Source: Octopus vulgaris (lineage: Eukaryota). From it: a stretch of 64,000 nucleotides of DNA. The notes under the pieces were generated by a model that was given only the letters and a program-made list of their open reading frames with translations, did no database searches and was not told the DNA's origin. Shown piece after piece: positions 13,764 to 26,840 of this stretch. Position 1 is the first letter of the stretch; each line of letters begins with the position of its first letter. Location: NCBI GenBank assembly GCA_951406725.2, contig OX597824.1, forward strand, positions 65,782,001 through 65,846,000, given 5' to 3'. Made by a program: the position numbers and the translations under genes.

Positions 13764-14150
13764 AGGGTGAACGTGTGCTCTTCTTTGCTATCACGTCTCA
13801 CAAATGAACCTTTTTTGGACCAAATAATGACTGATGACAAGAAATGGGTTCTCTATAAAAATGTCAAGTGCTGAAGACAGTGGGTAGGGAGAGGAGAAAC
13901 ACCAGCACCCCAGGCTAAAGAAGGTCTTCACCCACATAAGTTTTTTCTTATTTGTTTGGTGGGATATGAAAGGTTTAGTCCACTTTGAACTTTTAAACCC
14001 AAACCAAATGATAACAGGTGATCTACTGCAAGCAGCTTAAGTCAGCACTTGAAGAAAAATGACCATCTTTGGTTTCAAGATGAAAGGTGCTCTTTTGTCA
14101 GGATAATGCTTGGTCACATACAGCGAGGATGACATTCCAAAGGCTGGAGC
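13764..14150 (+). mobile_element. mariner transposase relic
   Basis: PFLDQIMTDDKKWVLYKNVK, VWWDMKGLVHFELL and QDNAWSHTA, with stops and frameshifts. Confidence 0.85.
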
Positions 14151-16124
14151 TTTGCTAGGCTTCACAACAGGCTAAAAGTTACAAGGAAATGCTTCTACCA
14201 TTCTGTCTAGTTTGCAGTTTTGTCATGCAATCTCTTGTATTCAGTTGAAAAATCCATTCACTGATAGCTACTTGTTCAAAATTCAATACATACAACTCAC
14301 AATCAGAACTAAGATTTAGGGGCACTACTTTAGCAAGCAGTCTACCATAGCATCCATAGTTTACACTTTGGGTTAGGTTAGGGCTTGACTGCACACTGAA
14401 GTGACACCAATCTTGGTCTATGATATGGTTCACATTGGTCTAGGAAGTGGTTCTCACCTAGAGTCTATATAAGTCTTTTTGGATATAATTTTGCAAAAAT
14501 TGAGTACTTGTTTTTCCAGAAGAATACTAACTACTCAAGTGTGAATTGTCCTTTTGCTAGATTGCAGTCAGTGTAGAGGTGTGTGCTTCCTGAGCTTTGC
14601 TTCACGGTCACAACAATAGCAGTGAAGATTTGAACATATAAACTTGTCTACAGTAGACCAGTAATTTAATCTCACAAACACTGTAATTGACATCCACTGT
14701 TATACCACTCAGCAGGCTGCTAGTTTGGGGTGGAACAGGATTTGAGAGGTTGTTAGCTTCCTTATATGCATTTGAGAGTAAGCCACCTATGTATACTGTG
14801 ACCATGTCATGTTGTTTGTTTCTAATGTAACTAATCACTTGTCACAATATAATAGAAATTAACTATGATAGACAATAATGAATTTAGCATCCATCTTCAT
14901 TAGCTTATTGTATATTCTGTCCATAAATTTGATTTATGGAGAGCTTTCCCAGATTAAGTATCTACCAAATTTTGCTTACAAGGCTTTGCTTGAAGTAAGA
15001 CAATGGTAGAAGATACCTACCCAAAGTACTGAGAAGTGTGATCAGTGTGGTTGCAAAGTGAATTACATACCTAACAGTGATGATTCTCAACATAATAGAA
15101 ATAGTAGTGAAATCTCTTTCTAACTGCTCCCCATTCTCCTAAAAATCGACATATTGGATAATGTAGACATATATTCTATATGTGAAGAAAATAAATGTAA
15201 TAGTCATGGCTGGAATGTCTTTGAACATAAGGTCTTTGAACATAATTGATGGGCAGATGAATTAAGCAAGAATCACTACTGTATTTATCATTTTATTTTT
15301 TAAATCATTTCTCAAGCTTTTTCGATTGAAATCCTATCCCATTCTCCCTTCAAAAATATTTTTAGTATTTCATTAGTATTTGGTAGTGAATTGGTCTTAA
15401 TGCCTTGTGGTGTGTTATTTAGTTATGTTTTGTCTTGGATTTAATTCTTGCTGGTGCCAGCTTTGGTTTTCATTCTTCTGCCAGCAATAAAATAATTACT
15501 GAAAAAATACTGGAATCAATTTGACTACACTCTGGCTCGATGTGTAGCATTGTGCCTATACTTTGCTGTTCTTACTTATGTCCCTTTATGCTTTGAGTTG
15601 AATTCCTATCTGGGTCAACTTTACCTTTAATTTTTTAGGGGCTGATAAAATACTGAACTGAAATTGAAGTTAATTTAATCAACAAATCCGTTACTCTACC
15701 TCCATATTTGTGAACTTGTGCTCTTGTTAGAAATCATTATTCTCATTGAAATTTAATTTATATTTGTTTGATGTAATAGTACAAATATGGAACATATCTC
15801 ATACATAATATGAAATGGAAAACTTATATCACCTGAGTTTATCTAAGCAATTAATAGACCAAAACTTCCTCTAAGAATATTTAAGCTCTAAAAAAAAAAA
15901 AAAAAAGCAAGGGAGATTATACCAATAAGATCAGTTGACTGAAATTTTTGTACAGTATGGTCAGTTTAGATTGGAGTGGATCTGTTCTTTGAAGCCAGCG
16001 GGTGAGAGCAGTGGACATTTTTGTCTTATTTTTGCTCTGTAAAATACACACCTCAGTGAAGTGTGTTATTCTTAGTTGGCTTTAGCTGTAGAGAGAATGA
16101 GATAACACTAATGGTTAACATGCA

Positions 16125-16653
16125 GTTTACCGTCATAAAAAAGGAAACTAAATTGTCCTAAAAATAATGGAAGGAAATTGTGATGGAAGCTGGAAGTGGC
16201 GAGTGGCATTCCAATGCATAGAAAGTACATATATTTAATATAACATGAAAACTGTACATTATTTTATTTAGGATGGAAACATTTTCACTCATGGAAAAAC
16301 ATATCTGTCATTGATGCACGAAGCGAGATTCGTGAATATTTTACCACGATCTCCCAAATTTGTGTCGCTACACATGCTCAGGGAGACATGTAAGTAAATC
16401 ATCGCTAGTCCCACATTGTCACCTAAGTTTCTTGGCGAGCATCCATCGCCCTTTGCTTGTCTGTTTTCATTTGGATCAGCAAAATCGAGTGAAATGCTTG
16501 AAGTTAACATATATACAGGCGTGTCATAATGTGGGAGTTCTGTTTGTCCTTTTTTTATGAAATTCTGTATATCACAGTCGTCTTTTATGGTTTCTATCGC
16601 AATTTATTTTCATTTTTAGGACAATTTACTTTCACTTTTTTACGACGGAAAAC
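16125..16653. mobile_element. MITE with ~65-bp imperfect terminal inverted repeats
   Basis: gtttaccgtcataaaaaaggaaactaaattgtcctaaaaat matches the reverse complement of atttttaggacaatttactttcacttttttacgacggaaaac. Confidence 0.75.
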
Positions 16654-19600
16654 AATTTGTAACCGACGCTAATTATGAAAATAAACAAAATGGCCGAGAG
16701 AAAATAATTCAAGAGAGCACTCTGTATACTAAATACAAATGCAGCAGAGTGTTTCATACATAATAATTTGTTATATAGTGAGCTGATAGAACTTTAATCA
16801 AGTAAGATTAGCCAAGCAATTATTAATTGATAAAAATGTTGAACAGTTAATCTGTTTTTTTTCTCTCCTCTTTTCTATTCAGCATTTTCATGTCTAACTC
16901 GTTTCATTTTCAGACATGTTCATCTTAAAATATATCTATCTTCAGATGAATTGACATGCCATTATTTACTTATCCATTTTAAGCGTCCATATGAAGCTGG
17001 AAAGCCTCTGGAGACCCAAAAAAAAAAAAAAAAAAAAGAAGCCGAAAAAACGTATCTGACATCACTTGTATATAAGAAACTGATGATAAATAAAGAGGGG
17101 AAAAAGCAAAGACCAGTTAGATGTAAAATCTTTTTGTAGCCTCCATAATTTGGAAGGTCTTATTTATGGTTAATAGATTTAAGCTGAATTGACTGACAAC
17201 TATATTTGGATAAAGAGTTAATACAATGTATATGTGCATACTTTAAAATATAATCTTAGGTGGTAGTAAGAGTGTTAGACAATTTGACACTTCCATACAT
17301 AAAACAATAATACAAGCTGCGTTCTCTTTCCTCCCCTTCTCTCTTTGGGGGAAAAGACAAAAAGAGAAAGATAAGCAAACATTGACGGCTATAATATAAT
17401 TCAATATATTGAATGAATTGGGAGGAGGTATTTAAACCAGTGTACTTAAACCAGTCATTGAGTATGTTTTTTTTAAATTTAATTGGCCCAGCATCAGGTT
17501 GTTAGATTTCTCTACATTGGTGTTTCATTAATCTTATTTTGGCCGTAGCTGTTCACTTTATTTAACTGCTTCTATCAAGTTTGTTATTTCAACCTCTGTA
17601 ATACACCCCACTCGCTACAGCTGCTGCTGTTGCTGTTACCGTTACATTCGCTACTCTTTCTGTCTTTGATGTTTATTATAGACACGGCTCAGCCAGACGG
17701 TGTATTTTTGAAAAATACTGATTGGACTGCCCTGAAAATTTCTCCAGTTGTTCCTTTCACAAGGAAGTAGTATATCTGTGCAAAATGTCACCACTTGCAT
17801 GCGTGTGTGTAATCAATAGTTAAAAAAAACAACTTATATTTGTTTAACTAATGGAAGATATACCATTGAATCCAATGTAAGTTCATTCCTATTACTCAAA
17901 ATCAAAAGACACGTTTTTTAATGTTTTCCCAGCAAACTTCCTCTAAACTTTATTATTGGTAGAACTAGTAAAGGGACAGACTACATGACAATACTATTTA
18001 GTTTTGTTTACCCTATATTCTGAGTTCAAACCCCACCAAAGTCTACTTTGCCTCCTGTCCTTCAAGGAATGATTAAATAAGTACCAGTCAAACATGAAAA
18101 CTGATTTAATATTTCTGTAAAGCAGCCAAGATATGAATAGAATTATAACAGACGACTGAAACTGTTTTCTTTATAAATATTATGGATTTATTGCTAGATT
18201 TAGAAATTACGATTTAGAAAAGGAAGGGCATTGCCCATAGCCCTTTTACAGCACTTCCAGAACTGGTGGGAGAAATGGAGGAACATCTTGATGATCCTTA
18301 GATCAAAGACTTAGGTTAGAATGTTTTTAACAGAGTGGATTCTGCTAAGGTGCTCAAGGGCTACGTGGTGGTGTTGAACAGGCACAATAACAATAAACTC
18401 CTTTATATTTATTCTTAAATCTTATTTGTTGTTGTCTAGTCCAGATACCTTGCATGTCTTCAACTGTTGTTGTTGACTATCCTGTCACGACATCTTTGAC
18501 GAAGGAAATCCGAAATCTGTTTGAGGTTGACTTGTAAATCTAAACAAAACCATGTTTTGGCCTGATTTCAGAGCCACACTACAACACTTCATAAGTTTCG
18601 TTGGATGGGAGTGCATCTTTGCAGTTTTGGCATGTTCCTTGTATAGTTGATGGCAAGCCATAGTGCCTGTATATTAAATATAGGTTTTTTAGGGTTTTTT
18701 AAAATTATTATTTTGTGTTCGGTTGGTCGTACGTTTGAAATTTTGTGCGAAAGAATGCATTATTAATACAACCTCAACACTAGCTGTTGTTCAGCTCCAA
18801 GTTTGATCTGATTCAGCAGACCTATGACCAAAGACATTCTAACCATGACTAGTTTGTCTTTTCTTTCCAGAACAATGTCTTTCTTTTTTTTAAAAAAAAA
18901 ATGGTAGGGTGTTATTTGAAGAGTGTTTGGTTGCTATTTCTAACAACTATTAGAGGGTCCTTTGTTGGTTTATCTTTTATCTTTAACTTGTTTCAGTCAT
19001 TTGAGTGCGGCTATGCTGGGACACCACCTTGAAGGTTTTTTTTAGCCGAACAAATCAACCCAAGGATTATTTTAAAGCCTTGTACTTATTCTATCGGTCT
19101 CTTTTGCTGCATCGTTAAGTTGCGGGGATGTAGATACACCAACACCGGTTGTCAAGCGGTGGTAGGGGACAAACACACACTAAGACACACACATGTATAT
19201 ACATGTATACTATGGGTTTCTTTCAGTTTCTGCTTACCAAATATACTCAAAAGGTTTTCTTCTTATCACACAGCCATACCTGCGCCTGTAAACGTTCTTT
19301 CTTTAGATTGACAGGTGTAATGTTTGGTGCTGGTAGGGTGGATAAAGTGATGGTGTCTCTATTTAAATTGTTTCAAGTTAGTGGAACGGGTAATCATATA
19401 CAGGTGAGTGGGGAGGCTTATTGTAGAGGAATGACATTTTAGAGAAGAATAAAGAGTAGGCTAGTGTGACTTACAAGGTAAAAAAAATATGATCTGTAAC
19501 CTATGAGGATGTTGAAGCATCACAAGACTTCACCTATGTGTAATGCATCTAAGGCAAATAAGAGTTGAAATCTCTGTTTCATGCCAAGCTATTTATGTGT

Positions 19601-20010
19601 GTGTGTATTTTTACTGGTTTTATTCATGCTAGAGTAGTTTCTCAGGGAGAGAGAGTGTGTGTTTAGTCATCGTAGGGCACTATTTTCAAGGATTTTTTTT
19701 TTGTGAAATAAGAAAGTCAAAGTTGACCAAGGCTTTAAAGGGACATGACAAAATACCACAGTATTTTTGTTCTGCTTCTTGAAAAAAAACTTCTGTCATG
19801 TCCCTTCTGCTTCCTGCAAGTATACATACACATGCACTTGTACACACAAACACCCACATGACTGGCTTCCCCACAATTTCTGTTTTTGCAGGTATATTTA
19901 TATATATACAAGTTTACAAAATGCTGGTCAACTACAATGTGTGTGTGCTCCCACTGCTTATTTTAGTGAACCGTGCCCCTCCATAGCACTTACAATTATA
20001 TAGTTTAAAC

Positions 20011-20367
20011 CAGTAATTCTCAATGTGGGGTATATACCCCACTGGTGGGAGCCTTGGGAAATTGTGGTGGAGCATAGGATAAAAAAATTTTTTTTTTCTT
20101 TTTTAGTGGGACATGGCATTGTGAAAATCTTTTTTTCCACAGCAAACACACTACACCTATAATCAGTCTAGCCAATCCCTCCAGTCAAGCATACTGTGTG
20201 AAAACTGTTTGCTACAGTATAGCAGTGTTCTAATGCCCTAGTGTGGATATTTAAGGAAAGTATATAATTATGAAATATTATAAAGTCGTTTTTTAACCAG
20301 CAGTGGGGCATATATTTTTCTGGAAAGTTATAGTGGGGCCTAGGGGAAAATAGGTTGGAAAACACTG
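20011..20367. mobile_element. hAT/Charlie-like MITE
   Basis: Termini cagtaattctcaa...ttggaaaacactg. Confidence 0.55.
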
Positions 20368-20786
20368 GTCAAGGCCATCATGAACTGCATTTTGACTTAC
20401 TGTGGTACAGTACCTTACAGTTATAGTATTGGTTAAAGGAGATCCTTTTTGTTTGCTTCAGTTCAATGAAGTTGAACTCTTTGGTCTGTAACAAGTCCAC
20501 ATTGGAAGCCTCAACATGGTTGCTCAGCTTGCTAGAAATAGCAGCCAAATATCACTTAAATCAAATCACACCCTGTTGTTTTCAAAGACAAAAATTAGTA
20601 AGTACATTGGACAGAATAATTTTAGATACCCCTATTATTAGAGGGAATGATGATGCTTGGAATGTTCTTAATCATTAGGGCTGATCAGGGACTAAATAGC
20701 AAAAAAATTATAATGGTACCATTAATATATAAAGAATGAAGTTCCATAATTGATTCATTTTGGAATTTAAACCATTTCTATTGCAG

Positions 20787-20994
20787 TTTGCCCAAACCAA
20801 CAAACCGAAACTTATGTATGAATCAGAGTTCCAGTGACGACGAACCTACCGAACGTACTAGTTTGCTTTCATCACCAGCCAGTTCAGGCAGCCCACCTCG
20901 AAATCATCCCAACATGGAGACATATATTGATGCTGAACGCACTGAACGTATGAATCGACGGGGTCAGCGACCCGACATACGGGGAATATATGAT
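20787..20994 (+). CDS. PSEN: Presenilin exon 2 (cytosolic N-terminus with ERTSLL)
   Basis: ttgcag| acceptor and GAT|gtaact donor (phase 0). Encodes LPKPTNRNLCMNQSSSDDEPTERTSLLSSP...GIYD, similar to PSEN2 SDSEEEVCDERTSLM. In-frame internal ATG at 20818. Confidence 0.85.
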
Positions 20995-21516
20995 GTAACT
21001 ATCCTTTGTCAAATATCTTTGTCTTTAGCTTCATTAGCAACCTCTCTTTATCTCTCTTCCCTTTCTTCTCTGAATCTCTCACTTTCTTATTTCCCCTCTA
21101 TTAATTTCATTTACTTCTCCATCATCCTTCCCTTTCTCTCTTCTATAAACTCCCCCTTTCCTTCTATTTTTATCTCAGCTCTTTTTCATTCAAATTCTCT
21201 ACTTAATGTTTGTATACTTTTTTATTCAGTGTTCTGTGTATATTTTGAGTATATTTGAGTATATGTGTACGTACATGTATAAGTTCACATGTGCATCAGT
21301 AATACATGCATATATATGTGTACATTTGAATGTATATATAAATGTGTATATATTTGAATGTATATGCATGTATGTATGCACGTGAGTGTGTATGTATTGT
21401 TTTGTATGTCTACACATGATTGTTTTGTATGTCTACACATGATTGTTTGTATAAATCTGTGACTGTACATATGTATATGACTTTATAACCTGCTCTGTGT
21501 TGCCATTGTTTTTCAG

Positions 21517-21740
21517 AATGATCGAGAAGCTGAGGTTGACCCCTCAGAATCTGAAGTTAGCATTCCTCCAACAGTGGCCCGCAGGAAAGGGTACAGCTCT
21601 GGCACTGAGGAAGAAGAAGAGACCCTACTGTATGGTGCCAAACATGTCATCATGTTGTTTGTTCCTGTCACATTGTGTATGATTGTGGTTGTAGCAACAA
21701 TCAGCTCTGTCACATACTACACTCAGCCAGGTGGATACTT
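21517..21740 (+). CDS. PSEN: Presenilin exon 3 (TM1)
   Basis: tttcag|...|gtaagg. Encodes NDREAE...[44 protein letters not shown]. Confidence 0.97.
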
Positions 21741-21839
21741 GTAAGGGAACATCAGATCAGTTTGAATTTCCTCTCTCTCTTTCCTTATTCTAGCTACAAT
21801 GATTTCACAGCACTCTCACTGTTAATTAGGTTGCCTAGG

Positions 21840-22540
21840 TAACAAAAATTGTCAACTACTTCTTGGAAACCACTTTGGCATTTGGAAGAACATTTTCTCA
21901 GAGCACTTAGTACTTATTGCCTCTGTGCACCTGCTGCATATGAAGTGTACCTTTTCTGTTAGCCTTCCTGTCATCCAATTATATCTCTGATATGCCCAAT
22001 ACTTACACTGGAATTTCTACATACTCCTATTCTATATCTAGAGCACAACCATTTCCATGATTGTAGCAGGGTCCTGTCTTTGTCCTACTTACTAAAATTT
22101 TTAGTTTTGCTAAGTTTGCTTTAGAGTCCTTCAGTTCCAAGGTTTGTTCATATCTGGAGTTTTTTTCCAGTTCTACAGAGTCAGTTGTAAGAGCTAGGTC
22201 ATTGACATAGAAGAGTCCTCACAAACAGCTGGTCTGAAACTCCTCTGTCATGGCTTGGTGGACTATAATAAATAAGAGGAGACAAAGGATAGATCTCTAC
22301 TTGTAAGGTAAATTCATTGTTGAACTCTTTAACTCTCCACCTTGTTCTCTGCACCTCTGTACATAGCTGTCATAACCCCCACAAACAATTTATCTAAATC
22401 TAACTCCTGTAGTGACCACCAGATCACAGAGCAAGAGAATCTGTTAAAGACCATCCTATAGGGGCTTACTCCTTGATAAGTACTTTCCCACTGTTGTTTC
22501 GCTTAGGAATATGGCATTGGTGATACCTTTCCTAGCAGAA
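21840..22540 (-). mobile_element. Heavily decayed RTE LINE RT fragment in a presenilin intron
   Basis: Antisense similarity to the RTE fragments near 4.7-5.4 kb. Confidence 0.45.
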
Positions 22541-23046
22541 AGACAAAATGTATTTCATTCAAGATAACCATGTTCGTAATTAATTTTGCAATAACTATTT
22601 CTGTAACTTACTACTTTTTGTAAAGCCTGGTACTTATTCTTTGGGTCTCTTTTGCCAAACGTCTGAATTACAAGGATGTAAAGACCAACACCACTTGTTA
22701 AGCGGTGGTGGGAGACAAACACACACACACTATACATACATATATGATAGGTTTCTTTCAGTTTCCATCTACCAAATCCACTCAATGCTTTGGTTGGCCT
22801 GAGGCTATGGTAGAAGTGGTACTGAACCCAGAACTATGTGGTTAGGAAGCAAAATTCTTACCACATATATGAATAAGTTCTACTAAATGAATGGTACATT
22901 TGCTTTGGTTATGTTCTCACTCCTTCAATATGTATGCGCGTATTGTAATAGCTGTAGTTAACTTACAACTCTTTAGCAAAATCTTTGTTTCTCCCATTCA
23001 TCAAAGGATTTGCTATCATTCTTGAATGAATTTCATTTTTTCACAG

Positions 23047-23188
23047 GATCTACACTCCATTTCACGAAGAAACAGATGATTCTGGAACAAAAGTTTGGCA
23101 GTCCTTTGCCAATGCCTTCATTCTTCTAGGAGTCATAGCTGTTATGACTGTTGTGCTGCTGTTGTTATATAAATACAGGTGTTATAAG
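23047..23188 (+). CDS. PSEN: Presenilin exon 4 (TM2)
   Basis: tcacag|...|gtaagt, 142 nt. Encodes IYTPFHEETDDSGTKVWQSFANAFILLGVIAVMTVVLLLLYKYRCYK. Confidence 0.98.
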
Positions 23189-23776
23189 GTAAGTATTTGA
23201 ATCATATTGATTGATTGCTTTGGTAGTCATCTGGATATTACTTCATTTGCTAATAATTAACTAGTGTATTTCCCTACACACATTACAAAAGTGCACAGGC
23301 TAGTTGTCAGGGTGTTCACCTCATGCTCATGGGTTCAATTCCTGGATGGGGCAATGCACTACCATTGAGTTAAGTACTTCATTTTGTGTTGCTTCAATCT
23401 CGTCAGCTGAAAATGAGTACTAGCTAGATGCTGGTATAACTCTCTCTCTCACATCCTGGATATGCTGCTGAATGACGGGTGAAGAGACTGGAAGAGTGTC
23501 TATATCAAGTCATGACTTCATAAGCATAGAAAAACAATTAGCAAAAGCATGGTTCATATCTTACTTGCTCATGGGTGACAGCTGTACATACAGTGCATCA
23601 GTTATGCTTTTTCTTGTTGTATGCCATCTTGGTTAATATGTCCCTCCACTATAATACTCTACATTATTTAATCAATGCTCTCTTCCAGCCTGTTGGTTAA
23701 TCTTTTGTCCCTGTCACACTGTATAATCTTCTACTCTGTTCCTATCACACACAGTCTGCCTCCAATCTGACAATGT

Positions 23777-23980
23777 CACTGTTAATCTGTCTCCCATCTT
23801 ACAACATCTCAGTTAATTTGTCTCCCAACTTACCATGTTGCTCTTAATCTTTCTCCCATCATACAATATCACTGTTAATCTATCTCCCATCTTACAACAT
23901 TACTATTAATCTACTTCCTATCTTACAACATCACTGTTAATCTGCCTCCCATCTTACAACACTGTCAATCTGTCTCTCAT
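23777..23980 (+). repeat. 31-bp minisatellite, ~6.5 copies, in presenilin intron 4
   Basis: Unit cactgttaatctgtctcccatcttacaacat, head-to-tail, with degenerate flanking copies. Confidence 0.9.
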
Positions 23981-24907
23981 CACTGTGTACTGTTACTGAT
24001 TTAACTTCCCTCTAATAGTATATTACTTTGTTTCTGGTTTTTCACTGAATATCTCACAATATTTTAGTTATTCTTCCTCTTACTGCACTGTATAGCAGTT
24101 AATCTGCTGCTATTGCATCAATTGATGCAATACCCAAATCTTTGAGGTCTCAGCCTGTTAGAAATAAGTGCTAAATTCCCCCAGATCATATCCTAACATC
24201 TTATTGACCCTGAAAGAATGAAAGGCAAAGTTGATCTTGACTGCATTCAAACTCAGAACATAAAGCCAGAAGAAATGCTGCCAAGCATTCGGTCTAGTGT
24301 GGTAACACTCTGCCAGCTCATCACCTTTATAATGACGACGACGATGATGATGGACTTACCCATCAAAGAAGATGTATGAGCATTCAGCTTTTGCTGAACG
24401 ATCTACACAAATGATTTGTTTATAGTGATCAAATGTTCATGCTGCACATTAGCTTACTTTCTCCATCAACTCGACATTGTCTGAACAGGTACACTGTGTA
24501 CCACATATCAAGTGTTGAAGTGATTGCAGAGCAATGTAAGATGAAGTGTTTTGCTCAAGAACACCACTTGATCTAGGAATTGAAATCACGAGTGCAACAC
24601 ACTAACCACTAAACCATGTGCTCTCAATAATAATAATAATAATGATAATTTCTCAGTTAAGCACAAGGTTACAAATTTTAATGGTTGTGGAAAGTCAGTG
24701 TATTGATGCAATGTACTACTGCTACTATTTATTTTACTGATTGAAGACATAATTTTTATTATTTCATTTAGAAGGGACTGTGAAAAAAATAAAATCTGTT
24801 TCTCAAGTACAATACTTTTAAAGATTATTTGTTTTATTGATTCTTATCTGTCAAAAATTCTGATATTTGTTTTCCTTTTCCATTTCCTTTTTTTCACCAT
24901 CTTGTAG

Positions 24908-24975
24908 GTCATACATGGCTGGCTTATTGTATCCTCTCTCTTGCTGCTCTTTATGTTTTCCTACATGTACTTAGG
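24908..24975 (+). CDS. PSEN: Presenilin exon 5 (TM3)
   Basis: ttgtag|...|gtaagt, 68 nt. Encodes VIHGWLIVSSLLLLFMFSYMYLG. Confidence 0.98.
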
Positions 24976-26000
24976 GTAAGTGTTGCACATTGCCAATCTC
25001 CTAACACTGACACTAACCAATTTATTTGTCTGTTTCTATTGTTGACAAAATTTCAACAAATTGAGGTTCACTAACAATAGTAATTGATTTTTATTCATTT
25101 TAACTTCAACTGAGGAATAACGTTCCTGATTCTTCCCTCCCTTTATTGGTTGGAGTTAGCAACACTCGTATCACCAGACTTGTTCTAATTAAACCAAATC
25201 TTAAATACTTGTTACTAATGCCAATAACCATGCAAGCAAATGAAGAAATGCTTCATCATCTAGAAACAGCAGCCAAATCCCTCTTAAATTACGCTTGTTT
25301 TCCTTTTTACAAAGAAAGGACATATTGAGTAACGTAGTTTGAGAAATTGTCTGCACAGATTGGATGATTGTGGCAGGAATGTCTACTTGATCAGGGCTGA
25401 TCTGAGGTAACTCAACCGCTAATTAATTATGCCTGCGAGTTAACCCACTTTTGGTCAGACCTAGAGGGATATAGTTTTAAAGACTTTAACAAAGCGCCTT
25501 ATGGGAGTTGTAAAGAATGATATTATAAAGAAGTCTTCTCAATACAAACTGGTCTGACGTTTTTCCTATTCACAACATGAATCATCATATTTTATTTCTG
25601 TAGTTTTTCCATGGTAAGGAATTTAATGCAGACCCACTTATTGGACTCAAACCACTCACCTTTCACTTCCCAGGCGATTATATTGCTAAATATATTACAA
25701 TGTGTATGCTGCTATATCTGCAAAAATAGTTTATTTCTGTTACTTTAACTGTTTTCCTTTGTCCTCATATGTGGACCTATTGCACTTTTGCATTTTAAAT
25801 CACTGTTTATTATGGCTAATATTATCTATGTTACAATTGTAGCAGTTAATTCATAATGAATTGATATTTATAATGGTGTAACATATTTGAAAGTGATGCT
25901 CTAGCAAGGCCACTGACCAATGGTTGAAATAAGTAAAATAAATATATAAAAATTTTACTTTATATCAATTTGATGCTCTGAAATACAAAAATACCTGTTG

Positions 26001-26002
<2 letters not shown>

Positions 26003-26056
<54 letters not shown>
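26003..26056. repeat. (TA)n microsatellite
   Basis: Directly visible. Similar tracts at 8881, 37401, 57326 and 58268. Confidence 0.95.
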
Positions 26057-26059
<3 letters not shown>

Positions 26060-26373
26060 GAACTTATTATATACAGTGCTCAGGTGCACTACAACTCAAT
26101 GAAAAGAAAGTAACCGAAACTGCATGAACAGAACAAAGAAATATGCACAGGAAGTGAACAGTGAATAAGTCTATAAAAAAAAAAGAAGTCATATGAATGT
26201 AATTTTTAAGCAACATTTCTTTAATTTATGTAGAAATTAAAAAGAAAAATGGGAACTATTATTATTTCTATTTAACAGATGGAAAACTGGATAGATTATT
26301 TCACGCTTACGTTTTTGATTGCGAATAGCAATTGATGAAATTTATCTGAATTTCACTAGCTGAAATTTTGGAT

Positions 26374-26840
26374 ACTGTGTAACAAAATTGATTTTTTTTT
26401 TCTTTGGTTAGTAAGTGTTGTTTCCTATTTGTTTCTATTTAGAAATCAAAGGAAATGGCTGCTATTCCCTTCAAACTTTGCTTTTGTGACCTGGACATCA
26501 GTGTTTTGTAACTGACCTATTTTCCATTACATTTTATACAGATTCAGTGCTGAGTTGCTGAAGCAGAAATATCATTATAGCAAATATTCTGCTCAATACC
26601 TCAGATTTGCTTGATCTTAATCACTTGAGCATGTCCCTTAGTGGCTGACAGTATGTACATCTTTGATCATGAGCAGCAGTAGTGTGGGAGCATCATAGCC
26701 ATGTATTGAGAGGGATTCTTTGGGGTTTGGATAAATGTAACAAAAGCAAAGTTTGAAGGAAATATTAGCCATTTTTCATATTTTCTAGAGGTAAGCAAAT
26801 AGGAAATTTTATTCAAGGATAAAAATCGTATTACACAGTG
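26374..26840. mobile_element. Long-TIR MITE, copy A (presenilin intron 5)
   Basis: Termini actgtgtaac...ttacacagt with ~110-bp imperfect inverted arms. A second copy lies at 44135-44610 in opposite orientation. Confidence 0.8.

Noticed and set aside
20995-21258. Hydrophobic continuation of ORF 20788-21258
   Set aside because: Read-through into a pyrimidine-rich intron after the donor at 20995.
23777-23980. 31-bp repeats of CRISPR-like length
   Set aside because: They are head-to-tail with no spacers, i.e. an ordinary minisatellite.
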